Positions 16,977-17,065 of a stretch of 17,065 nucleotides of DNA are shown piece after piece. The translations under genes and the position numbers were made by a program. The notes beneath the pieces were generated by a model. That model ran no database searches, was not told the origin of the DNA, and saw only the letters and a list, made by a program, of their open reading frames with translations. The stretch covers positions 1 through 17,065 of the forward strand of contig JBLIRN010000057.1 of the NCBI GenBank assembly GCA_049472315.1. Direction: 5' to 3'. This stretch comes from a bacterium. GTDB lineage: Bacteria > SZUA-182 > DTGQ01 > JAFGSM01. Positions within the stretch are counted from its first letter, which is position 1; every line of letters starts with the position of its first letter.

Positions 16977-17065
16977 ACAGAAAGTAAAAGGTGACCTGCC
17001 TGGTAACCCTTAACCTTACCCGATGAACAAAAGAGGTCGCAACGGGTTACTAGGTAAGGTCCACT
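16977..17065 (-). mobile_element. Partial, probably degenerate attC site (cut by the window edge)
   Basis: Bulged inverted repeat GACCTGCCTGGTAACCC (16993-17009) / GGGTTACTAGGTAAGGTC (17044-17061). An R'-like TTTCTGTG lies just before the gene and is complementary to that cassette's own R'' CACAGAA. Confidence 0.55.

Overview
This is a bacterial window, GC-rich in coding regions with long AT-rich intergenic stretches, and it has four parts. (1) 1-4733: a minus-strand classical menaquinone operon, menF-menD-menH-menB (menB truncated by the window edge). A nested palindromic MITE/REP-like element lies between menH and menB, and a second one lies upstream of menF. (2) 5062-11155: a candidate peptide/protein-modification locus. 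A sigma70 promoter drives a Ser/Trp/Tyr/Pro-rich precursor-like ORF and an 834-aa methyltransferase + TPR-like + radical SAM/SPASM fusion whose rSAM part resembles PlpX-type spliceases, which act on X-Tyr-Gly. Three secreted, low-charge, aromatic-rich proteins follow, one with 12 Tyr-Gly motifs. (3) 11789-14727: a Cys-rich hypothetical protein, an EEP-family phosphoesterase and a divergent DHH-family phosphoesterase. (4) 14896-17065: an integron-type cassette array (methyltransferase, cupin, methyltransferase) with one good and two degenerate or partial attC sites, and no integrase in the window. All family assignments come from motif recognition by eye; no searches were run.
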